This document shows, piece after piece, positions 1 through 12,429 of a DNA stretch of 64,000 nucleotides. Location of the stretch: NCBI RefSeq assembly GCF_006345805.1, contig NC_042997.1, forward strand, positions 145,700,001-145,764,000, given 5' to 3'. The translations under genes were made by a program, and so were the position numbers. The stretch comes from Octopus sinensis. Its lineage: Eukaryota. Position 1 is the stretch's first letter, and each line of letters starts with the position of its first letter. The notes under the pieces were generated by a model. The model saw only the letters and a program-made list of their open reading frames with translations, did not search any database and was not told where the DNA came from.

Positions 1-59
1 TCTGTCTCTAAAGGGGTATTCTCGTTTCTGTGATGTAATTTAGGCAATTTTATATATGT

Positions 60-400
60 AGGCATCAGCAGACATTGCGAAGCCTAGCATTTGCAGCATG
101 GTCTCTGGGGATGGTGAGAAATTGAAAGTTATGATAAAAAGTGGTTATTAAACAACTATTATCTACTGTTTTGATAAGCAAACAGTTGTTGTTTTTTGTT
201 GTCGAACTCCATATCGGCTCTGATCGAGTAGGTTTAATTAATGATTATAAGCATTCCAGTCATGACCATCACGTTGGAATGCTTATAACGTTCACTCAGA
301 TATATGTTATACAGGACTACATTAGCTTGCGGGTCCATTTTCCAAGCATCGATCTTCAGACGAGAACTGTCACAAGGCCGATTATTATTTATATGCATTG
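60..400 (-). mobile_element. Possible very decayed LINE APE-endonuclease fragment
   Basis: Minus-strand reads across frames give RLKIDAW, GMLII and DHAANARL, weakly resembling the LKIxTWN, GVGILI and GDLNAR motifs. Many disruptions. Confidence 0.25.
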
Positions 401-994
401 GCGTAGGTGGGGGTTTCTTTTTCGTATTTTCATTTTTGTCACTTTTAATTGTCTGATTTTGGTGGCCTAACGTTTATGCTCGTTGACTCTATTGGCCAGG
501 GGCGTATTTAGGAATATTTATTTTTATAATTAATTTTATGTGGATATTAGTCTAATTATGTTGTTTATCTGAATTTATCTGCGTATTTCATCGTGCGTTT
601 GTAAAAAAAATGTAATTGTGTTGTATGTTTATTTAGACAAGCCTATTTCATTTATCAGAAGGTAATTTGAATAAAAAAAATTTAGTGTTTTTTCTTTTGG
701 AAGTACCTTGTGTTGTGTTGTATTTCATGGTGACTAATATAAACATTCATAGTTGACTGTGTCTTACGTTAAAACGGAAGTACGAGCTACTTACTTTGTA
801 TCCATGTCAAATCGCTTTTATTGTTACTTATCATGTTTCATGATAAGGACTGTGTTTTGAAGCTATTCGTAGCATGAATTGACGAGACTTAACTGCAAAA
901 ATACATAGACTCCATAATCGTTATGGAGAGTGCTCTTTTCATTCGCATATGAGCCTTGTATGATGCATCTATGAATGTATGTATGTATGTTCTT

Positions 995-1190
995 TTATTC
1001 TTTTATTTGCTTCAGTCATTAGACTGCGGCCATGCTGGGGCACCGCTTTCAAGAATCGACGCCAGTAATTAAATTTTAAATTTGGTACTTCATCTATCGT
1101 TCTGTTTTGCTGAGCTGCTAAGTTACGGGTACATAAACACACAAACCCCAGCTATCAAGTGATGGTGGGTGACAAACACACACACATGCG
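995..1190 (-). mobile_element. SINE family A (tRNA-derived, CORE-like), 3' half
   Basis: Reverse complement of the 3' part of the copies at 2057 and 63480 (cagtcattagactgcggccatgctggggcaccgc ... gctaagttacggg). Confidence 0.85.
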
Positions 1191-1251
1191 CACGCGTGCA
1201 TACACATACATATACATTTACATATATAAATTTATACACACACATATACGT

Positions 1252-1321
<70 letters not shown>

Positions 1322-1384
1322 ATATATCATATATGTAAGTACTAGAGGCTAATGACTGAAACAAGTAAAAGATAAATTTATATG

Positions 1385-1533
1385 ACAGGCTTCTTTCAGT
1401 TTCCATCTACCAAATCCATTCACAAGGCTTTGTTGGCCCCAGGCTATTGTAGAAGACACTTGTGCTAGGTGCCACGCTGTGGGATTGAACCCAGAAGCAC
1501 ATGGTTGAGAAGCAAACTTCTTACCACACAGCG
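1385..1533 (-). mobile_element. SINE family A, 5' half
   Basis: Reverse complement of the head and CORE-like segment (ggctattgtagaagacacttgtgctaggtgccacgctgtgggattgaacccag). Confidence 0.85.
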
Positions 1534-1641
1534 ATGTATGTGTGTGTATGTGTGTGAGTGTTTGTGTGTGTGTGTACATATATAAATATGCACACACACA
1601 CACACACACAACGTCAGGTAGACAAACATACTGGTGATTGG

Positions 1642-1747
<106 letters not shown>

Positions 1748-2010
1748 GATGTGAGGTTGGCCCTGGTTGGGTGCCTCACATTTCCTTACATAGTTGTTGA
1801 AAGGAAAATAGCGGAACAAGAATCTCCGAACATATAACAATAATAATATATTTTCGCCGAAATAAGCATTTCATCTCTGGACATCGGTAGCCTGGACGTC
1901 GGCAAGTGGGGTGGGGTGTGAGGGGTGGAAGTAGCAGAGTTGATTGAATCACAATTGTGAAAGCATTCTTCACAGTGTAGTGACGCCTGGTTCCAGACGT
2001 CACTACACAT

Positions 2011-2051
<41 letters not shown>

Positions 2052-2056
2052 CACAC

Positions 2057-2228
2057 ATGCATAGGAGTGGCTGTGTGGTAAGTAGCTTGCTTACCAACCA
2101 CATGGCTCCGGGTTCAGTCTCACTGCGTGGCACCTTGGGCAAGTGTCTCCTGCTATAGCCTCGGGCTGACCAAAGCCTTGTGAGTGGATTTGGTAGACGG
2201 AAACTGAAAGAAGCCCGTCGTATATATG

Positions 2229-2271
<43 letters not shown>

Positions 2272-2478
2272 TTTTGTGTCTTTGTTTGTCCCCCAACATC
2301 GCTTGACAACCGATGCTGGTGTGTTTACGCACCCGTAACTTAGCGGTTCGGCAAGACAGACCGATAGAATAAGTACTAGGCTTACAAAGAATAAGTCCTG
2401 GGGGCGATTTGCTCGACTAAAGGCGGTGCTCCAGCATGGCGACAGTCAAATGACTGAAACAGGTAAAAGAGTAAAAGA

Positions 2479-2480
<2 letters not shown>
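2057..2480 (+). mobile_element. SINE family A, full length
   Basis: tRNA-like head (tggctgtgtggtaag; gggttcagtc), CORE-like accttgggcaagtgtc, internal (TA)n(TG)n linker and gtaaaagagtaaaagag tail. About ten related copies occur in the window. Confidence 0.92.
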
Positions 2481-2518
<38 letters not shown>

Positions 2519-2939
2519 ATGCACGGGCATATGATGCTGGAAGCATAATGCGTGTCTTTCTCGAATAATTAACAGACAGTCCTGTGCTAAAAGGCTCCCA
2601 ATTGCCAAGAACTAAAGAGTAAATGTTTTAATCTACCAAGCTGCAATATTTGAACGGTAAATGCTCGCGTGTAATCCTCAAAAACATTCGGACAGCCGTT
2701 GCAGAGACAACAAATCATGCTAGGTCTTCGTATTTTTTGTTGCCGTTGAGAAGCAGATGTAGTTCTTGAGACTGTCGCATTAGTAACTTGCATAAGCAAG
2801 CATCGCTTAAAATAAAATAAAATAAAAATAAAATAAAATAAATAATAAAGGAAAATAAGACAACTGTGACAAAATTCTTGCAAACAGCGTTCATTAAATT
2901 ACTATGAAACTATGAAACCAGTCATGATTGTACTCGACA

Positions 2940-2999
2940 ATGTGTGTGTGTGTGTGAGTGTGTGTGAGTGCGCGCGCGCGTGTTCGCATATTATATATG

Positions 3000-3050
<51 letters not shown>

Positions 3051-3145
3051 GTATATATATGTTATATACATACACACGCATAAATTTACATAATATATGT
3101 CGGTATAAATACACATACGTAGAAATATACGTATGCATGTGTGAA

Positions 3146-3189
<44 letters not shown>

Positions 3190-3266
3190 TATATATATAG
3201 AGAGAGAGATATATGTATATATATATATATATATAATTTATGCATGTATATATGCATATGTATTTG

Positions 3267-3300
<34 letters not shown>

Positions 3301-3309
3301 GCATGCATG

Positions 3310-3341
<32 letters not shown>

Positions 3342-3390
3342 CAAATACATACACATACACTCACAGACACATATATATATATATGTATGA
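2940..3390. repeat. Compound (TG)n/(TA)n microsatellite
   Basis: Directly visible. It explains the YIYI-type ORFs here. Confidence 0.95.
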
Positions 3391-4009
3391 TTATATACAC
3401 TATTTCTTTTTCTTCCTTGCTACTATCTTGACGCCCCATCTGCTGTTCAGCCGCAGTTTTAAACAGACCGACTGTTTTCAAACACATACTAAAATACACA
3501 TCAGAAGCGTTTACGCGTAGCATAATCAAATTGTGTTGCGCAAGCATGTAGTTATATGATATTATATATATATATGCATATTCGTATGTCTATTTTACGT
3601 GTGTTTGTGAGCTTATGTTTGTGTGTGTGTGTGCGCATGCGTGGCAGTGTGTATCTGCAAGTATATGTGCAAACAACACATATAGATTAAAATATGATTA
3701 CTTGTAAATCTTTCGCTTCAAGTGAATGTCTGTGCGAGCGTTTGCATGAAAGTATGCGATGTAAAAATATACAGATCTCTTTTGCTCTCGGCTATGTCTC
3801 TATGATTTTCTTGATAGCAGTGTATATAAGAATAGAAATGTGTGTATGGGCGCGTAAATATCCATCTTATTAGAAGGTTATGAACGTATATGCTTTTATG
3901 CAACTACAAAGGCATCAGTTTCGACATACATTTTTAATGTAAAATTATAGATGTATTATGTATGCAAATTTATATATGTATAGAAGTATGCATATACACA
4001 CTAATTCGC

Positions 4010-4058
4010 CCACGTATGCGTGTATGTATGTGTGTTTGTGTATGTGTCTATATGAATA

Positions 4059-4116
<58 letters not shown>

Positions 4117-4370
4117 TATATATATATAATATATATATATGAATGTATGTATATGCAAATACAAACATATATGCATATATGTATATATATTTATACATCT
4201 GTTTCTATGCATATATAAACACACAATACACACACATATATATACATACATATATGTGTGTTTAAATACAGCTATAAATATATTTACACGTATGTATGCA
4301 TGTTTGTATGTATGTATGTATGTATGTATCTATCTATCTATCTATCTATATATATATATATATGCATACA

Positions 4371-4417
<47 letters not shown>

Positions 4418-4458
4418 ATACATATATATATATATACATATATCTATATACATACATT

Positions 4459-4504
<46 letters not shown>

Positions 4505-4520
4505 GAAACATACACATAAA
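4010..4520. repeat. Compound (TA)n/(TATG)n/(TATC)n microsatellite
   Basis: Directly visible. Confidence 0.95.
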
Positions 4521-4884
4521 CACAAATATGACTGTACATATAAGTATCTGTCAGCATGTGTGTATTTATATTAAGTATTCTCTTTGTTCATGCCTACCGA
4601 CATATGAGTAGTCCATCCATAAATTGCTTACTCATTGGTAATAATATCTAACATGTGTGTTAGATGAAAGCTTATTCACTATATAAAACCTGTTTCTATC
4701 TGCATATCTATCTACATTTATGTGTTCACACACACAGACTAACGTACATGCACCTAAAGCAGTGGGTATATATATTATAGACATAAATGGACGTCCAAGT
4801 GTTTGGTGAAGGCTAAATATAATTTTATAAAAAAATTTACTATTTTAGTTTATTTTTAGTTAAGTGTTTTGAACATGAAAGTTC

Positions 4885-5070
4885 GTTCTTAATTTTGGAA
4901 CGAGGCCAGTAATTTTGAAGGGTGGGGCAAGTAGATTGCATCGACCACATTACTCAGCGGGTACTAATTTTATCGGCCTTGCAATGATGAAAGACAACGC
5001 GAACAGCAGCGGAATTTTAACTCAGAACGTATGGGCCGGATGCACTAAGCATTTTTGTCCGGCATGCTAT
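4885..5070 (-). mobile_element. SINE family C, degenerate
   Basis: Similar to the copies at 31551 and 52214 (atcgacc ... ggtactaattttatcggcc ... atgaaagacaa ... ggaattttaactcagaacgt). Confidence 0.7.
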
Positions 5071-5074
5071 TGAT

Positions 5075-5722
5075 TCCACCAGCTCGTTGCCTTTTTTGAA
5101 CACAGAGATTGGACGAACGAAATACTATTTTGAATAGCCTCCCACTTTGAAGGGTATGCGTTTGCGATCCAGGAACAGGAAATATCAACCAAGTACCTGA
5201 TGCATAAAAAGCCGTAAAATGTGACAACCGATGCAGACTTTGTGGAGTTCACACTGAAGATATCACCTACATAATAAGCAGTCGTCCGAAAATGTCATCA
5301 CTGTATTATGTATTACATACCGATGAGATATGACGTTGTAGCTAGGACACTCTATAATGAAATCCGTCGGAAGGATAATCCCGAGGACAAATAAATAAGA
5401 ACCCACAATATGGTAGAAGCTGTGCACAGTACTGGAAATTAGCTGCCCTGCGGATATTAATATAAAACTGAAGGTCAGGGATAAAGAGAACACCTATGCT
5501 GAGCTATTGAGAAATCTGCAGTCACTTTATCCAGATTACAAGTTCAGGTTTATACCTGTAATTATTGGGATCCTGGGATATGTTGCACACTGCCTAAAGA
5601 CCAATCTTGAGAAATTAGGCTCCTCTGAACTAGAAGGGAGAAAGCTAATTCGAAGACTACAGATCCAATCCGTCATTGGAACTGTAAAAATCTGTAAAAC
5701 TTTCCAGAAGTTTATCATTTAA
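5075..5722 (+). mobile_element. RLE-type non-LTR retrotransposon 3' fragment with (CATA)n tail
   Basis: Decayed zinc knuckle (xRLCGVHTEDITYIISSRP) and C-terminus EISCPADINIKLKVRDKENTYAELLRNLQSLYPDYKFRFIPVIIGILGY, typical of restriction-like endonuclease LINEs. Confidence 0.8.
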
Positions 5723-5808
5723 TTATATACATACATAAAACATACAAATCTGCACATACATACATACATACATACATACATACAAACATACATACATACA
5801 TACATACA

Positions 5809-5849
<41 letters not shown>

Positions 5850-5894
5850 GCACGCACACACACACACACGCACACACACACACACACATATATA

Positions 5895-6300
5895 TTCTTC
5901 TACTTGTTTCAGTTATTTGACTGCCGTCGTGCTGTGGCACCACCTTAAGGGATTTTAGTTGAACAAATCGATCCCAGGACTTATTCTTTGTAAGCGTAGC
6001 ACCTGTTTTATCGATATCTTTGGAGAACCGCTAAGTTACGGTGATGTAAACACCCCGGCATCGGTTGTCAAGCGATGGTTTGGGAGAGTGGGGCAAATAC
6101 ACACACATACACACACAATCCAACACATATACATACGACAGGCTTCTTTCAGTTTCCGTGTACCAAATCCACTCACAAGGTTTTAGTCGGCCCGAGGCTA
6201 TAGTAGAAGACACTTGCCCAACGTACCACACAGTGGGACTTTGGGCAAGTCCCAGAACCATGTGACAAGTTTCTTACCACACAGCCACGCCTGCTCCTAT
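5895..6300 (-). mobile_element. SINE family A, full length
   Basis: Reverse complement of the 2057-2480 type from tail to head (ccacacagccacgcctgc). Confidence 0.9.
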
Positions 6301-6347
6301 AGTACACGCGCATATTTAAATACAAACATATATACATAAATACATAC

Positions 6348-6410
<63 letters not shown>

Positions 6411-6411
<1 letters not shown>

Positions 6412-6614
6412 CGGGAAGCTTTGTCAAAATAAACAAAAGACGAAGGCAGGTGGAATACAGACAAAGAACTGTATAAGTATGGCGCTCAGGAATATAAATA
6501 AAACAAGTCTTTTACGTTTCGAGCCTACGCTCTTCAACAGAAAGATACACAGAAAAGAAACACAGAAAGAAGGAGAGAAAAAATGCGTGCAGAGGCTAGC
6601 GAATCAACATGGCG
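6411..6614 (-). mobile_element. Short repeat with hammerhead-like motif (Penelope-LTR-like unit)
   Basis: Related to 50428-50633 and 61451-61561. Contains gaagagcgtaggctcgaaacgt on the minus strand and ends in (TA)n. Confidence 0.7.
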
Positions 6615-7107
6615 ATATATATATATATTATATATTCTGATAAATTTACAGAAAAATTTTCTCTGTAAAAAAGAAACGAAAGAAAACAAGAAACGAATTC
6701 GCAGTTATTGAACTTGTTTTCTTTTTGTAAGTTGTAAGAAAGGACATTCAGTAATGTAGTTTACAGGAGGTGAATTAGTAGTTAAAAAGTATTAATGACT
6801 CAAAATGACTAGAAATTTATCACCGAAGAAAATTCTCCTGAGATAATGATAAATATGGCACCATTACCATGTAAAACATTACAGTACAGCTGGTTTGTTT
6901 CTGAAGCGAATTTAATGTGTAAGTGTAGATGAGACAGGATCTTCGGGCAACAGTCTAAATCCACCTTGTCACAAATATAAAACCAACGTTAAAGCTCTGT
7001 TAGTTCATTGTTAATGAATATTGTTAATGAAATTATTGAATCTAACTGTGATATTTTTAAAGCCCACAAACATTTATTTGCATCAACATTTGTTACAAGT
7101 TTCGTTA

Positions 7108-7182
7108 TGCATCGGGTCAACTCTTTGCAAGAAGACTTATGATAAACTCATAAGTCTTCTTGCAAAGAGTTGACCCGATGCA
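7108..7182. repeat. Perfect 35-bp inverted repeat with 5-nt loop
   Basis: 7108-7142 is the exact reverse complement of 7148-7182; the loop is TAAAC. Confidence 0.97.
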
Positions 7183-7358
7183 ACCATCCCCTTCTTTTTC
7201 TTTTTTCTTTTTTAAGAGATTACAATTTCCGAAGTATAAGTTGCCTCTGTGTTTTCTTTTCCTGGCGGATGTCCTGTGTGTGTACGCCCATTTGCCTTTT
7301 GTTGTTTTTTCCTGTTCTTTTGGGGTCCTGGATTTGCCTATATATGTATGTATACATA

Positions 7359-7444
<86 letters not shown>

Positions 7445-7482
7445 TACTTACATACATAAATCCATGAATGCATGCATACATA

Positions 7483-7662
7483 AACTTTCCAGAAGTTTAT
7501 CAAATAAATATATATGATTATGTCTAAATATGCAACTATATGCATGAGAATACATATATACATACATACATACATACATACATACAACAAATATACCCTG
7601 TTGTTTATGTTGGAATTCCAATGAAGGAGCCTTGGACCTAGGCTAGAAACCGGTTCTTTCTC
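7483..7662 (+). mobile_element. 3' end (last codons and UTR) of the RLE LINE family seen at 5075
   Basis: aactttccagaagtttatca matches 5699-5718. The downstream ccctgttgtttatgttggaattccaatgaaggagcc...ctagaaaccggttcttt matches 22225-22290. Confidence 0.7.
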
Positions 7663-7815
7663 TGTTGAGATAGACAAATAGGTAGCTATAGATGTATATA
7701 AGGTATGTATATATAAACGAACACACACGTGTGTATAAGTGTATATATACGTGTATGTTTTCGTGTATGTGGTGCATATATGTGTGTGTTCATGTTTGCA
7801 CATTTTTTCGTTATA

Positions 7816-8230
7816 GGCGCAGGCACTGCTACGTGGCTGAGAAGCTTGCTTTGTAACCACGCGTTTTCGTGTTCAGTCCTACTGTGCAGTATCTTGGCGG
7901 AAGTGTCTTCTACTATAGCCCTGGGCCGACCGATAACTTGCAAGTGAATTTGGTAGACGGAAGCTTTGTGGAAGCCCATCGTATATATATATTTACATAT
8001 GTGTATGTGTCTTTATCTTTGCGTTTCACTCCGAGCCATACCACATGACAACCGATGCTAGTTTGTTTATGGCCCCCGTAAATTTCCGGTTCCACCAAAA
8101 AATGCCTGATAAAATAAGTGCCAGATTAAAAAGAAAATATACCCTACAGTTGATTAGTCCAACTAAAACACTTCAATGTGGTGTCCTAGTATGGTTACAG
8201 TCCAATGAAGGAAACAAATAAAGGAGAAAA
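7816..8230 (+). mobile_element. SINE family A, older full-length copy
   Basis: ggcgcagg head, atcttggcggaagtgtcttctactatagcc core and gaaacaaataaaggagaaaaga tail. Confidence 0.85.
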
Positions 8231-8532
8231 GATGTACAAATATATATATAATGCAGTAGTGTATCTCAAACCACGACCTGACAGTTTATGCACGTGTAAT
8301 GTAGTAAGCAGCAATACTGCAGGAGAAGACCAAGTAACAACATATGATAAAGCGATGTGATATGAAGAAACAGCAAAATTAAACTGGTTTCACTTTTTAA
8401 ATGCATCAAGTCTGCAATTCTCTTTTATCTATATTAATAGTATTTTGCTAAATTGTTATTCAGTCTGTTTAAAAGACTGATTTATCATTTTTCTATGTAG
8501 CTTATTCGACTTTCTCAACTGAGAAGACAATG

Positions 8533-8633
<101 letters not shown>

Positions 8634-10288
8634 TTATTTATGTAGCTGTACATATAATTTAAAGCAATCTATCTATATCAAAGTATACAATTAGCTATCT
8701 CTAAATATCTGTCTATTGAGAACAACATAAAATCCACACTGTCTTTCCAGAATAACACACTAATATATAGGAATACATATCAATAATTCTATCTTTACTG
8801 GACTCCAGCGCAGGAAAGAAGCCATCAAAGAAGCTGGAGAAAAGACCTTTTCAGTAAAACATCAACAACCGGATCTACTTATTGCAGCCATATTCTAGCA
8901 GCTGAAAATGAACCTTGTTGAAAAATGAAGGTACATCATACCAACGATACACTTCCCGACATACTTATCTCCATAAATCCTACTAAGGAGATGATCATGC
9001 GAGAACTGATTGTTCAGTGAGAACAGCTGAAGGAAGTTCATGAGAAAAATTTAGCAAACAGCAGGAACTATTTGGGCAGTGTAGAAGCCAAGACTTGCGG
9101 GCCCACTGCGAACCGTGTTGAGATAGACAAATAGGTAGCTATAGATGTATATAAGGTATGTATATAAGGTAGCTATGTGGGGAGATCATTTTGGAAAACT
9201 CTTCTGGGCTTGGAATTACTGGCGCAGCGAAGAGGGCAGCCATAAGTTCCGTCGCCAAAATCACAAAGGAAACCACTATATGACTTTAGATAAAGAAGGC
9301 AGGCAAGGGGCTTGGTTCAACGGGAATGTAAGCTTGATCAATCCCGGTTGGGTCAACAGGGTGAAGTGGTGAATGGCTTGAAAGTTCTAAGATCCCATGA
9401 CCATCACGGATAGTGTATCCGTGAGATGTATCTTGTAACTTACATACGCACACACACACACAAACAGACGCAAACCTCTACACGTTCAAGGGAATATTGT
9501 GATACGATCACTTTAACGCCATGGACATCGGATAACCAGCTTTTTGAGTCTATCTATTTATCTATCCGTCTGTGTGTGTGTGTGCATGTTTTGCGTAAGC
9601 AGAAAACAAACAAAAAACTGCCAGAGGCTGGTTTTTCTGCTAGTTTAAATAATGATATGAATATTGTATAAGTAAAACTATGAAATTATATCTCTTTGCT
9701 GAGGGAATGAAGACGACTATGATACGAATTTACATTGTCTTCTCATACATTGGTTCCATTTTCACAAGCAACATACCTTCATAATTTATAAACAGACGTT
9801 CACGAAAAAAGAAACTACATACTGACTTTTGTTTTTCTTTAGCGGTTGGCGATCGATAAAATTGATTTCAGTAGAAAGGAAGAAATGCATGTATTCCTGC
9901 ATGTACACAAATGTATGCCACTATTCATAAATAAACGTTATTTGGAGCTTAACAGCTTTGCTTCCATCTCGTATGAACGAAATTATCCTATTGATAAACG
10001 AGAAAAAATCCTTCACACCATGCTAATCTTACTTGCGAAATCCAAAGATCATAACTAGAGAACAATGTCTATTCATATTTTTACACAACCATCTCAATAG
10101 TCTATATTTGATTTCCTCGTATGTCATTTTTTGATATATTCTCTTTTTCCGTACGTGTTTTCGATAATGTATGCATCTAACCACTATATTTTTGTAATTT
10201 ATCCTTGTTGAATATATCATCCGTCATATTTGTGGCTAGTTGCAGTCTACTGGAGTTCGATGGATGATATCAACTATTTCCTGTCTAA

Positions 10289-10308
10289 ATTATTATTATT
10301 ATTATTAC

Positions 10309-10363
<55 letters not shown>

Positions 10364-10400
10364 GTTATTGTTATTATTATTATTATTATTATTATTGTTA

Positions 10401-10440
<40 letters not shown>

Positions 10441-10496
10441 TACTGTTATTATTATTATTGTTATTGTTATTATTATTATTATTATTGTTATTGTTA

Positions 10497-10539
<43 letters not shown>

Positions 10540-10559
10540 TACTATTATTATTATTGTTA

Positions 10560-10594
<35 letters not shown>

Positions 10595-10663
10595 GTTATT
10601 GTTATTGTTATTATTATTATTATTATTATTATTGTTATTGTTATTGTTATTATTATTATTATT
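10289..10663. repeat. (TTA)n/(TTATTG)n microsatellite, about 375 bp
   Basis: Directly visible. Confidence 0.97.
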
Positions 10664-11158
10664 GAGTGAGAGAGCAGTTCATGCCATCAAAGTGACACTG
10701 GGGTAAAATATACGAAGCCCAATATACCCATCATGACTACCCGTCTGATAAGGGTACACCAGGCACATGCATCACAACCATATGTGCGCGACATGGTGAT
10801 CACATATCAAGATAAACAGCACATGACCTTGCAGGTGGGGCCCAGTTAGAATTTTCTTCAGGTTGAGTAGCCCATCCCGCTCAAAAGGTCCCTGAATAAG
10901 GGTTGTTTAAGGATGTTGAAAGAACCACCCATGTTTCCAGAGGTGAATTATTCAAACCCCAAAGAATCCCTCTCAACACATGGCTATGATGCTCCCCCAC
11001 TACTTCTGCTCGTGATCAGAGATGCACATATCGTCAGCCACTAGGGGACATGCTCAACTGGTTAAGGTCAAACAACTGACAAGCAAATCTGTGGTATTGA
11101 GCAGAATATTTGCTGTAGCCCATCTTTTATATGTAGCCCATCTTTTATATGTAGCCCT
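10664..11158. mobile_element. Repeat family D (about 470-bp SINE-like unit flanked by (TTA)n)
   Basis: Homologous to 55378-55657 and 55971-56408. It ends in a short tandem duplication of gtagcccatcttttatat. Orientation is not established. Confidence 0.85.
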
Positions 11159-11177
11159 ATTATTATTATTATTATTA

Positions 11178-11235
<58 letters not shown>

Positions 11236-11739
11236 GTCTTTCCTTCTTTCTTCAAATTTTCTTCCGTTTCTCGCCGGGTGTTTTCCATACACCTAGGGCA
11301 GAGAAGCTCATTGTATGCATTCCCGGATTACACACGCAAATTCGCAGATAAAATATGTATTTAAAAATTAATAAATAAATCAATTCATGGATGGATGTTG
11401 TTTTCACAGCGATAATGCTCTTCTCCGTACATGAGCCGTTCCAGTTAACACGATTTTTTGCACTTCCTGTAGGGATGGTAAGCCTGGAATCATTTTCAAA
11501 TAAGTTTCAGTACCTTTTTTTTATCATTCCTAGAGATTCTACAATCACAGGTACTGTGGTCGCCTAGAGATGCCACATTTTTCAATTTCTATTAGCAGGT
11601 CTTTATATTTACTAATCTTGTCAAATTCTTTCGCCGCTATATTGTGATCGCAAGGGATACTTATGTCAAATAATAAACACATCTTTTTTGTCTGGTCTTT
11701 TATACTAATATCCGGTTTATTAGCTTTATAGTCGTGTCG

Positions 11740-11789
<50 letters not shown>

Positions 11790-12429
11790 TATTATATTTT
11801 CGATATCTTTTCCCTACAATACTGTTTTTTTTTTTTTATGTAAGTAAACACACTCACCATATCCCGTGTGCCTTTGTTATTTTGAATTAGCATAATAAAA
11901 AGTAAATATAATAATTTTTTCAAATAAAATGGTAAATAAATGTTTTTATAACCATTTTCCCTGTAATTCTCTTCTAAAATAGTTGTGCTGATGCAGTGTA
12001 ATAAAACGATTAAATATGTTATGTTTCTCTAGTAATCTCAGTTTTACAACGAATTCCGTTTTAAAACAAAACCAACCAAACCTCACCAACACCTCAACTA
12101 CTTCTGACCCCGCCCCCACCATGAACAACAAGAACAACAGGAAACCATAAAACAACTACAGAACTGAAAATCAATAAGACCATGGACAGCCAAACTCCTG
12201 AACACAAAATTTCACTTTTATAAATGTGAGCAATGAAGAAGGAGATGACTTTAAGAGTTTGTTCGCAAGCGGTTACTTGACATTGAAATGTTGGTGGGCA
12301 ACAATACATAAATATAATAAAAAGCACTTGTAGAAGAGACTCTCAAAGAGCTTGAAGTTGCCGAGTTAACTGCGATTATCCGTTTTTCCACAAATATAAT
12401 GCACCGCCAATCACATTTTTCTAACATTG

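Noticed and set aside
827-847. 9-bp hairpin cttatcatg-ttt-catgataag
   Set aside because: Short AT-rich palindromes of this size are expected by chance in 64 kb.
1905-1930. G-rich tract as a G-quadruplex
   Set aside because: It has only three tracts of three or more G, so support is weak.
8760-9420. Possible LINE remnant around ORF 9145-9372
   Set aside because: I could not identify a diagnostic motif.
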